Below, piece after piece: positions 35,784-45,828 of a DNA stretch of 64,000 nucleotides. Position 1 is the stretch's first letter. Every line of letters starts with the position of its first letter. The translations under genes were made by a program, and so were the position numbers. The DNA is from Rebecca billardiae RCC1528 (taxonomy: Eukaryota; Protista; Haptophyta), in NCBI GenBank assembly GCA_965240325.2, contig OZ251228.1:496001-560000 (forward strand), given 5' to 3'. The notes beneath the pieces were generated by a model. The model was not told where the DNA came from. It was given only the letters and a program-made list of their open reading frames with translations, and made no database searches.

Positions 35784-37100
35784 TCACCTAAAGGACTGCT
35801 GGGCAGCCAGGCTGCTGCACTCGGGCGGGAGTGCATAGTCGAAGCACACAAAGTCCTGCGCGAAGAAGTCGCAGAGCGTGCGCATCATCTGTGCATCCAG
35901 GTGCTCCCTCCTCAGTGTGCACCCCAGGGAGCCCCACGGCGCGTCCTTGGAGGATCTCATCAGGCGGCCCTTGCCAACGTGATCAATCCACAGGCCGGGC
36001 AGGAACCGTGCGTTGAGCTCGCGCAGCGTCACCGTGAACCGCCCGCGCTTGCCGATAGGCACCTTCTTCACCCGCGTCGCCTGCTCGAGCTTGTTCACCA
36101 CCTGCAGGCGGAGGTATGACCACGGCTGCTCATCCGGTGGCGGCTCGATCGGCTCACCGCTCGGTGCAAAGGAGCAGCCCAGGTCGTGCGAGATCGTGCC
36201 TGTGTGCAGGTCGAAGAGCAGGTCCTTCAGCCGCACCGGCTGCGCGCCCTCCACGCGTAGTGCGTCGGACGTCTGGAGGATCGAGTCCGGGTCAGACCCA
36301 CGCCGCGTGTCTGCGAGAGCGTTGATGAACACACGCGCGAGCTCGACGCGGCCGTTGCAGGTCGGCTCCTGCGGCGCGCGCCACGTGCGCAGCGGCTGCG
36401 CGCCGCCCGTCTTGCGCCGGGCGGTGACCCGGCGGATCGCCGTACCCCACGTCTGGCTCAGCACCGTGTTGTACGCGCTCACAAACCTGTCGATCGGGTT
36501 GCGCACCGTTGTGAATGCAATTCGGAACGGCTGGGGCGTCCGTTGCCGTGATGCGTCTACATAGCCTGTGCTCTGGCCGTTCGTCTCGTTGGTGCCGGGC
36601 TGCAGCATGCGCAGCACGGGTAGCGCACTGCAGCGCTTGAGGCGATGCAGCGTCAGGCGGTGCACGTCCTCGGCGTCCTCCCGCTTAAGTATTGTGTGTG
36701 CACGCGAGCCCGCTTTGTGCACCGTTGCGTACGCCACGAGCCCGTCCGTCCGAATCTCGTTCTGCCCGGACTTGTCGAATTCGCCGATGCATCGGCCTTC
36801 GCGCGACCACTCGCTCCGCCCGGAGTCGCGCCCTTTTAGCGGCCACTCGCAATCGAGCGGCACGTGCTTGTCCACGTACAGCGCGTGGCACGTGCGCGTG
36901 TACAGGTTGAGTGTTCGGTTGTAGCTCGTGCCGGCCTCCGCGCGGGCCCGGTGCTGCGCCTGCACGATGCGTGCCATGACTAGTGCGTGCCTGCTGTCGT
37001 CTGGTACAACCCGGCCGCTGTGCACGGGGCCACTCTGCACGCTCTGTGCCACCATCGCGCGGGGGGCTATGACGAACAGCACGCACGAGAACAGGGCCAT
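35784..37100 (-). CDS. Carbohydrate sulfotransferase-like protein (Sulfotransfer_2/HNK-1ST type)
   Basis: N-terminal hydrophobic signal; VHKAGS (5'-PSB), FTTVRNPIDRFVSAY (3'-PB), C-terminal FAQDFVCFDY. Confidence 0.75.
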   Translation of the reverse strand: MALFSCVLFVIAPRAMVAQSVQSGPVHSGRVVPDDSRHALVMARIVQAQHRARAEAGTSYNRTLNLYTRTCHALYVDKHVPLDCEWPLKGRDSGRSEWSREGRCIGEFDKSGQNEIRTDGLVAYATVHKAGSRAHTILKREDAEDVHRLTLHRLKRCSALPVLRMLQPGTNETNGQSTGYVDASRQRTPQPFRIAFTTVRNPIDRFVSAYNTVLSQTWGTAIRRVTARRKTGGAQPLRTWRAPQEPTCNGRVELARVFINALADTRRGSDPDSILQTSDALRVEGAQPVRLKDLLFDLHTGTISHDLGCSFAPSGEPIEPPPDEQPWSYLRLQVVNKLEQATRVKKVPIGKRGRFTVTLRELNARFLPGLWIDHVGKGRLMRSSKDAPWGSLGCTLRREHLDAQMMRTLCDFFAQDFVCFDYALPPECSSLAAQQSFR

Positions 37101-37268
37101 GAGCGCTGCAGCGGATTCAGGACGGACGAAGCAGTACCCCCATAGTAGACATACTTTTTAAAAAAATACTGTTTCCAGGTCTCTCTTCGGAGAGCGTGCG
37201 ATGAAGGATGGCGCGGCAACCACCCCCTCTGCGGCCGCACGAGTGAAATACAGGCGCCTCACGGCCAG

Positions 37269-37843
37269 GTTGGCCCTGGCAAGATATTTGAAATATTTTT
37301 GCAATATTGCCAGCGCGATTCTGCGAGACAATATTTTTCTAATAAACGGCGCGCAATATCTGGGGCTTCCAGACGTCTGGAGCCGAATATCGATCGGTCA
37401 TATTGCCCGGTCCCACCGCCGACCGCGTCCAGGCTCCACGGGCGACCACACCGCCCGCCGATCTACTGCGACATGCCCAGGCTAGTCTGACTGAGTCTCG
37501 ACTAGTCGACCAGAACGACATGCCTCTGGCAGTCGGCCAGCTCGTCGAGGACTGAGATCTTCGGCAAGGGACGCGTCGAGCTGCTCGGCGAGGCCCGGTC
37601 TGACCATGGTGGCCAGGTGCAGATCTATCCACTTTCAACTTTGCGGGAGGACGGCGAGACCAAGTGAGTCAGACTTGATTGATGAGTGAGTATTCACGGT
37701 CGCGGGCCGCGCGCGGGCCGCGCGGCGCAGCGATATTCGATCAATATCATTGGGCAATATCTTCAATCGTCTGCACTGAGAGGCTAGCGAATATCAAATA
37801 CGATATTCTGGCCATCGGAAGGCAATATCTTGCCAGGGGCAAC
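37269..37843. mobile_element. Putative MITE/non-autonomous DNA transposon
   Basis: 20-bp TIRs GTTG(G/C)CCCTGGCAAGATATT with 1 mismatch; GGCCAG directly repeated on both flanks; many internal AATAT subterminal motifs. Confidence 0.5.
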
Positions 37844-38109
37844 GGCCAGGGCCAGTGGCCCAGACCCCGGCCCAGCTACTGGCTGGGCTCGCTGACACTG
37901 ACAGACAGTCGCACAGTCCCCTCCGTCCCCTTCCCCGCACAGGGATCGGCTAGTGGCTGGCCCTCTGCGGCCCACACTGGGGCACCCTCAGAGGGGGTTG
38001 CAGTGCCCCTTCTGCCGACTCGCGGCTCACGGCTCAGATGATCTCGAATTGCAAGGCAGTGATGCACTGCTTGTACCTGGGACCACCCCGCGGTGTTGGG
38101 CAGAGTTGG

Positions 38110-38495
38110 TGATGTTTATTCCGCCTTACCAGTTCCCCGGTCACGCAGGGGCTTATGACAGTGTCCCTGCGGACGTCGTCAGCAGCGCCGTCCGTGCGGA
38201 CGAGCGGGCGGTGCGGGAGTCGTCCCACACAAGTGCAAAAGCAAACGGCACCAGTAAACTGATAGGTCGTTAGACCAATAGCGCCGGGGGAAAACGGACA
38301 TACGTACCCGGCGGCTTGCGTTCGCCTGCGGGCAGCGGCGAAAGCAATAGGATTAGGGGCCGAGCGCGCTCGTGCCGGTTCAGGGAGGGCAGGTACGACA
38401 TAGTACCTGGGACTCGACCTCTCCTGGCGGTTGGATCCAAGCGCCTGGAGAGGAAAAGAAATCGTGCACGGAGGAAATTCGGGATTAATACAACA
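38110..38495 (-). repeat. 3' LTR
   Basis: Appears identical to 44786-45171 by eye. Confidence 0.95.
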
Positions 38496-38508
38496 CCCCC
38501 CCTCGACA

Positions 38509-39865
38509 TCATGCCGAAGGCGGCGGAGGTGGTGGAACAGCATGCAGTATCGCCACGACGTGCTTGAGAAAAGTACTCGTCGCGGTAGCCTTGGTCATGA
38601 TGTCGGACCGGTTGTCGTCGGTCGGCACCTTCTGGATCAGCACGGCGCCGTCGGCTTGCGCGCGCCGCGTGAAATGGTACTTCACGTCAATGTGCTTGGT
38701 GCGCTTGTGGTGCACCGGGTTGTTCGTCAAATCGATCGTGCCCTGGTTATCCTCGTAGATCACCGTCGTGGGCTCCACGACCGGCTCGTTCAAAAACGTG
38801 ACCAGGTCGCGCAGGTAGATCACCTCGCGGCAGCACTCGCTCAGCGCGATGTACTCCGCCTCGCACGTAGACAACGCGACCACGCTCTGCAGTCCGCTGT
38901 GCCACGAGATCGGGACCCCGTTGTACATAACAAGGTATCCCGTCGTAGAACGTCGATCTTCACGATCGTTCGCCCAGTCCGAGTCCGCGTACGCCACCAA
39001 ATCAGGGTGTTGTGCGTGCGTCGCGTGCCGGAAGAGGATGCCGCGCCGACGCGTGCCGAGCAAGTATCGGAGCGTGCGCTTCGCGGCGGTCAAGTCGTAG
39101 AGCCGGGGATTGGACATCCGGCGTGCCAGCATGTTCACGGCGTGTGCGATGTCGGGGCGACACGTCGTCATGCAGTACATGAGGGCACCGGTCATCTCCT
39201 GGTAGTGCTGGCGGTCAGCGCGCAGCAGGAGGGCTTGCAGCGGGCGGGGGATCTCGCGCGTCTCGCTGCACTCGGGGGTCGGTGGGTGGCGCTCTCCACT
39301 CAGGTGGAAGCGCTCGCACACATCACCGATGTACTGGTTCAGGTGGGTAAAAAGTCCGTCCACCGTGGTCTCAAATTCGGCGCCAAGGAACTTGCTCAGG
39401 CAGTCCGCGCCCTGCATCTCGTAGTGCGTCAGCAACGCCGTCATCAGCGCGTCCAAAGCGTTCTTGTCCTTCGAGATGTTCATCATCAGCAGATCGTCGA
39501 CAAAGTGACCGACGAACACGTAGCCGCCATCGACTGCCTTCGAGTAGATGCACGGCGCGCTCGGGCACGGCTCGAACCCATGTTCGAGCAAACACTTACG
39601 CAAGTGTAGGTACCACACGCGCCCGGCCTGGCGCATGCCTGGGAGCGCCTTCACAAACTTCGCGACCACCTTCGAGCCGAGCGGCGTCGAGCTCTTCGGG
39701 GTGTAGCCAGGCGGGAGCGGTGTCATCACCTCCTCGCCCTCCGGCAGGTCGCTGTTCAGGTATGCGTGCCGCACGTCGGCGGGTCGCATCTCCACGATCT
39801 TGGCGCTCGCCGCGTCCGTCATCGAGACGCCTTTGGCCTTGAGCGCGACCGCGAGCATCAGCCGC
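38509..39865 (-). pseudogene. Copia pol 3' part: reverse transcriptase and RNase H
   Basis: KALPGMRQAGRVW, HFVDDLL, TTCRPDIAHAV, YADSDWANDREDRRSTTGY, STCEAEY, EDNQG, HKRTKHIDVKYHF. Cut off from upstream pol by the inverted insert, which has in-frame stops. Confidence 0.92.
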
Positions 39866-41556
39866 CACACTCCGTTCGCGACCAGCTATGACGGTGCCGA
39901 GCCCGAGGGAGACGCCGCTGACGGCGAGCTCACCGGCGAGGGCGACGAGCATTTTGAGATTGAGGACGGTGCAGCCGACGACGGCGGCGCTGCTGCTCAT
40001 GACGACGGGGGCGCGGCGAGCGAAGCTGCGCGACCGAGCGCCGACGGCGATGACGCCGGAGGCGATGACGACGCACGAGCTGGTGAGTCCGCGGCGCCCG
40101 AGCTGCCGCGCGACTACGACCCGATGCGACGAGACCGAGCGAGGCGGAGCAGACCCGCCGCGCAGACGGTGCAGGCTGTGACCGAGGCAGCGTTCCAGGC
40201 CGCGGGCGAGGAACCTACCGAGGAGAACAGCTTCGAGGCATTCGCTGCGACGACAATCGCGCGGATGAATGGTGTGCCGATCACCATCCCCACGACGTGG
40301 GACGAGGCGATGAAGTCGCCCGAGGCCAAGCTTTGGATGCAGGCCTGCCACGACCATCTCGATGCGCACGGCGTGAGACACGCGTTTTTCGAGGTGATTG
40401 TGCCGGACAACACGCGGACGATTCCTGTCAAGTGGGTGTTCGACGTGAAGACGCTTCCCGATGGCGAAGTGATCAAGTTCAAGGCGCGGCTGGTAACCCA
40501 GGGCTTCCGCCAGCGCGAGGGCATCGACTTCAATGAGGTGTTCGCCCCGACGATACGACCAGAACAGCTGCGGCTGATGCTCGCGGTCGCGCTCAAGGCC
40601 AAAGGCGTCTCGATGACGGACGCGGCGAGCGCCAAGATCGTGGAGATGCGACCCGCCGACGTGCGGCACGCATACCTGAACAGCGACCTGCCGGAAGGCG
40701 GGAGCGGTGTCATCACCTCCTCGCCCTCCGGCAGGTCGCTGTTCAGGTATGCGTGCCGCACGTCGGCGGGTCGCATCTCCACGATCTTGGCGCTCGCCGC
40801 GTCCGTCATCGAGACGCCTTTGGCCTTGAGCGCGACCGCGAGCATCAGCCGCAGCTGTTCTGGTCGTATCGTCGGGGCGAACACCTCATTGAAGTCGATG
40901 CCCTCGCGCTGGCGGAAGCCCTGGGTTACCAGCCGCGCCTTGAACTTGATCACTTCGCCATCGGGAAGCGTCTTCACGTCGAACACCCACTTGACAGGAA
41001 TCGTCCGCGTGTTGTCCGGCACAATCACCTCGAAAAACGTGTGTCTCACGCCGTGCGCATCGAGATGGTCGTGGCAGGCCTGCATCCAAAGCTTGGCCTC
41101 GGGCGACTTCATCGCCTCGTCCCACGTCGTGGGGATGGTGATCGGCACACCATTCATCCGCGCGATTGTCGTCGCAGCGAATGCCTCGAAGCTGTTCTCC
41201 TCGGTAGGTTCCTCGCCCGCGGCCTGGAACGCTGCCTCGGTCACAGCCTGCACCGTCTGCGCGGCGGGTCTGCTCCGCCTCGCTCGGTCTCGTCGCATCG
41301 GGTCGTAGTCGCGCGGCAGCTCGGGCGCCGCGGACTCACCAGCTCGTGCGTCGTCATCGCCTCCGGCGTCATCGCCGTCGGCGCTCGGTCGCGCAGCTTC
41401 GCTCGCCGCGCCCCCGTCGTCATGAGCAGCAGCGCCGCCGTCGTCGGCTGCACCGTCCTCAATCTCAAAATGCTCGTCGCCCTCGCCGGTGAGCTCGCCG
41501 TCAGCGGCGTCTCCCTCGGGCTCGGCACCGTCATAGCTGGTCGCGAACGGAGTGTG
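39866..41556. repeat. 830-bp inverted repeat (39866-40695 vs 40727-41556) with 31-nt spacer
   Basis: Arms are reverse complements with one mismatch noticed (40382/41040); 39709-39865 also directly duplicates 40696-40852. Confidence 0.95.
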
Positions 41557-42612
41557 CCCCCCCTCGACCAGTGACCGCTCATCAATGTACACGTGCTTGG
41601 AGTGAATCACCCGCCCGTCATCGAGCAGCACGACGTACCCCAGCAGCAGCCGGAACGTCTTGTCGATCTGGGAGCCGTCGATGCCGTGACCGAGGACGCG
41701 GCCACGCACCGTCGGCATGCCCAGCTTGCCCCGCCGCTGCTTCTCGAGTCCCTGCAGGACCACACGGCACGGGGCGCCGAACACGATCACGTGACGCATG
41801 TCCGGCGGCTTGCCAAAAAAGAGCTCGTAGGGCGTCACGAACATCAGCGCGCCGTCGCGCATGATTCGCCTGGACGCCAAGCGGTTTCTGCTCGCGCACG
41901 CGTGGCGCATCGCATAGTGCCAATGCTGGGCAGGCATGCCCGTCATCGCAAGGCGCGCAATCGTGTCGCGCACCAGAGTCTGGATCGCGTGCTCCGCCAC
42001 CCCATTCGAGGAGGGAGTGTCGGGCGCGCTCGTCACGTTGGCGGCGAGGCCAAGCTGCAGCAGCAGCTCGGACACGCGCTCCGAGTTCAGCTCGGTGCCG
42101 CCGTCGGTGTGGATGTGGAATCGCTTGAACCCAGGTCCAAGCTCGATGTGCGAGCCGTACAGCTCGTGCGCTCCCATCTCGCGAAAATACATCGCGATCA
42201 GGTCAGGTATCTGCGACTTCAACTTGCAGAAGTAGACGCTCATCCGGCGCGAGTAGTCATCTACACACACCAGCGCGTACTTCATGCCGACCGGGATCCC
42301 GGCCTCGCCGATCGGCAAGTCAATCTTCGACACGGACACCACGTCCATGTGCGTCACCTCGCGCGGGTGCGTCGCGCGGGGCATGGGCCGGTTAAAGGGC
42401 CGTCGTTTCATGTGCGCGCCGGACAGCGTGTCCAGCGGCGCGCGCGCCATCGTCGCCTCCGGCATGCCAGCGGTGGCGCGCCAAGTGCGAGTCAGCAAAG
42501 TCTTGTTCGTCGTGCCCAAGCGGGCGGCCCACAGGCCGAGCTCCTTGTCACCGGGCGTGCGCGCACGCCCGGCAGCAGCTCGCTCAGCCGCCGCGCGCTC
42601 GGGCCCTACTCG
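40696..42612 (-). pseudogene. Copia pol 5' part: integrase and RT N-terminus (-1 frame relative to gag-PR)
   Basis: LWAARLG, DDE triad HMDV / HTDGG / NGVAEH, TPYELFFGKPP, KWVFDVK, FKARLVTQGFRQREGIDFNEVFAP. Confidence 0.92.
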
Positions 42613-42618
42613 TTTCCC
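42551..42618 (-). promoter_or_regulatory. Putative -1 programmed ribosomal frameshift cassette
   Basis: G GGA AAC heptamer (42618-42612) in correct phase, one codon before the gag stop; followed by GC-rich stems including a perfect 22-nt palindrome at 42551-42572. Confidence 0.75.
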
Positions 42619-42631
42619 GGCGCGCGCCCGA

Positions 42632-42669
<38 letters not shown>

Positions 42670-44786
42670 ACAGGCGCGGGCGCGGGCGCGCGTTCGGCCT
42701 CCGGCTCGACGCGCCCCGCCGCGGCGGCGGCCGCCTCCTCGACGGGCTGGAGCTCGAGGATGACGCGCGCGTCCGAGCCGATCTTGATGTAGCCGCCTCC
42801 GACGTCCGTGAAGTCGCACGACGACTGCCGCCACTTGGAGATGGTGGTCGTCGCGCCGACGCTCGCGAGCGCGTCCGCGGACAGCAGGATGGTCTCCACG
42901 CCCTCGGCAATCCAGATCTCGCACTTGATCAGCTGCGAGTCGGAGCCGTCCACGCTCAGCATGCGCGCGGTGATCTCACCCTTGAGCGACGAGGCCGCGG
43001 CCCCGCCATCAAAGCCGATGAGCGCGCCGTTCTGCGCCGTCAAGTTCTCCACAAGACCGGCGTCGACCATCCACATCCCGCCGACTGACCGGTCGGCAGC
43101 GGAGTCAATGCGCCCGTTCGCTCGGTTGGGCGGCTCGGCGCCCCCCTTGTCCTCGACGACCGCGGCGGCGACGCGCCCGCCGATCACCTCGTCGTGAGGC
43201 TCCACCTCGTCAATGTTCTCGATCGCCTGGACCGCGCGGACGCCCGGTGCGATGCTCCGGCCGGGGACACCCGCTGGCACGATGATGGCCCCGCGGTCCG
43301 CGGCGCGGCGCGCACCCGCGCCCGGTTGCTCCTGCCTCGCACGCGCGCGCGCAGCAGCGCGCTCCTCGCGCGCAGCGACCACCGCTGGCGGCACCGGGCC
43401 GTCCGGCTTGAACTGCGAGCACATCTTACCGTAGTAGTGGTTCCCCTTACACAAGTCGCACTTCAGCTTTGGCGGGACGTGCGGCGTCGTCGCGCCGGAC
43501 ACCTCGTGCGCCGGCTGCTTCGGCGGCTGGCGCGGGGGCGGGCGCTCCTTCACGTTGCCCACGGTGATCACACCGCGCGGCGGGTGGCTCGCGAGGTCGG
43601 AGTTCATCATGACGAGCGTCGCGTTCGTCACCTCCGCGTACGGCATCTTGAGGAACTTGTCGAGCTTCAACTTGAGCGAGAGGTCGCCCTTCATGCTGCG
43701 CAGCGGCTGCAGCACGCGGGCCAGCTCGAGCGCCTCGGCCGGCGCCCGCAGGCGCTCGAATACGAGCTGCCGCTCCTTCGAGTACGCCAGGTACGACGGC
43801 AGGTCCGAGAATGTCTTGTGCTCGCTCTCCCCCGTGTTCAGGTACGGGGCCATGATGTCCATCAGGTGGTCGACGCTCACCTCGTCGCGCAGCTCACGCA
43901 GCTCAATCCACCACGCCTGCAGCTGCTCGGCAGCCTTCGGGTAGGGGCCCATGCCCTTGCGCCGCGAGCACGCGTCCACGTACTGCTGCGCTTCCGCGTT
44001 CAGCGTCGACTTCAACAGCTTCAGCAGCACGGCCGCGGAGTTCTCATACACCTTCTGGTAGATCAGGTTCGGGCTGTCGAGCGCGGAGACGCCAGCAAAG
44101 CCCTCTCCGAGTATCGCAATCTTACCGATGGTGATGTCCCTCTCGGCCGTGATCTCCGCGAGCTTGGCCTCGACGAGCTCGTGCAGCTCCTCCGCCGTGA
44201 CGGACATGCCATCGAACTTCACCGTCGCCTCAACGCTCGGGAGACCGCTCGCCGGCCCGCTGCTCGCGTCGTCGCCGTCCGCAGCCGCGTCAGAGGGCGC
44301 TGCCGCGGGCGGGAACGCCGGCGCGGCCGCGAGTGGTACCGGTGTCATCGGCTCGTTCTTGCCGTCGAGCTCTCGCTGCGCGACCTTCGCGCGGACGAGG
44401 AGCACCTTCTCCTTGGAGCGCGTCGCCGCGTCCACCGTGGCGATTTGCTCGTTCTTCTCCTTGATCTTGCTCGTGATCGGGACGAGCGAGGGCAGCTGCC
44501 GCGCAAGCGTCACGAACGTGCTCTCCGGCATCAGGTTCAGGCTGCCGCCCGTTCTGGTGAAGAGGTCGGTGCTCACGCTGGAGTTGGAGCTTGCGAACTT
44601 GGCAAACTCGTTCGTCACGCCAGTGAGCATCTGGTTGGTCTTCGCGCTGTCGCCCAGCTGCTCGAGGCCGAGCTCGCGCGCGGACGTCGTCGCCCGCGCG
44701 GATCCGCTGTCCGCGGCGCCCGCGGCGCTGCGACCGGTTGGGTGGGCCATGCCCGGCGGTCCGTGGTTACGCACGATTGAGCTCAT
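42606..44786 (-). CDS. gag: Gag-protease polyprotein (726 aa)
   Basis: ORF starts at the 5' LTR boundary; zinc knuckle CDLCKGNHYYGKMC; aspartic protease IDSAA and ILLS; ends PGNE-TAG. Confidence 0.85.
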
Positions 44787-45171
44787 GATGTTTATTCCGC
44801 CTTACCAGTTCCCCGGTCACGCAGGGGCTTATGACAGTGTCCCTGCGGACGTCGTCAGCAGCGCCGTCCGTGCGGACGAGCGGGCGGTGCGGGAGTCGTC
44901 CCACACAAGTGCAAAAGCAAACGGCACCAGTAAACTGATAGGTCGTTAGACCAATAGCGCCGGGGGAAAACGGACATACGTACCCGGCGGCTTGCGTTCG
45001 CCTGCGGGCAGCGGCGAAAGCAATAGGATTAGGGGCCGAGCGCGCTCGTGCCGGTTCAGGGAGGGCAGGTACGACATAGTACCTGGGACTCGACCTCTCC
45101 TGGCGGTTGGATCCAAGCGCCTGGAGAGGAAAAGAAATCGTGCACGGAGGAAATTCGGGATTAATACAACA
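44786..45171 (-). repeat. 5' LTR
   Basis: TG...CA, 386 bp, matches 38110-38495. Confidence 0.95.
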
Positions 45172-45828
45172 GTTGGGCTTGTATGCCGTGTCACTGGCAA
45201 TGCCAATGGCTTATGGCAGTACCCCCGGGCCCCGCCCCCTCTGGAGGCGGGCTGTCCACAGTGGAGTGGTGTCAAGGCACTAGGTGTCTCGGTCAGTGGT
45301 TTGAGGTTGGGAGGGGTGGTGGTTGGTTGGGGGCTGGCCAGGGTAGGGCTGGAGGCTTCGGCCGCCAGTCTGATCACCCGGCGGAGCCCCGTTCGGGCCG
45401 TAGTTAAAGGGGAATTTATTACTCATCTGAGATACTCATTCTATGATTTAACGACACAGGACACAGGTAGGACGACGCGGGTCTCCTGATTCGTCGGCGG
45501 CAGTGCCCGATCGTCGACACGAAGTCGGCGTTGGTGGCAGAGCATAGCCTGCACCGCGATCGGATTGCTTGGGTCGATCGCCGGCATCGGCCCGTTATTG
45601 CGCTTGATCGGACGATATAATCAGCAGCGCCGACGGTGGCTCTGCCCCCTGCAGCAAGGGCCGTATGGATACCTGCAGGCAGGCCTGCCTCCGATAACGG
45701 CGATTAAATTCAGTAAATGCGCGATTTATTCGCGCGCCGGCACCATTTTGCTTGGGCCTTCCAGACCACTGGCCTTCCAGGCAGGAGGATCACGATGGCG
45801 GCGCTCGATGCAGCACTGGAGTAGGGCG

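Larger units (their letters stand above)
38110..45171 (-). mobile_element. Ty1/copia LTR retrotransposon, recent insertion, disabled by an internal inverted duplication
   Basis: Two 386-bp TG...CA LTRs; 5-bp TSD GTTGG (38105-38109, 45172-45176); domain order Gag-PR-IN-RT-RH; polypurine tract GAGGGGGGG (minus strand) abutting the 3' LTR. Confidence 0.97.

Noticed and set aside
39800-41308. 502-aa plus-strand ORF with RT motifs as a separate gene
   Set aside because: It is the inverted duplicate of pol reading through the fold-back junction
45565-45828. 88-aa N-terminal extension of GT47 copy 1
   Set aside because: Non-ATG start, lies outside the duplicated segment, and would bury the signal peptide
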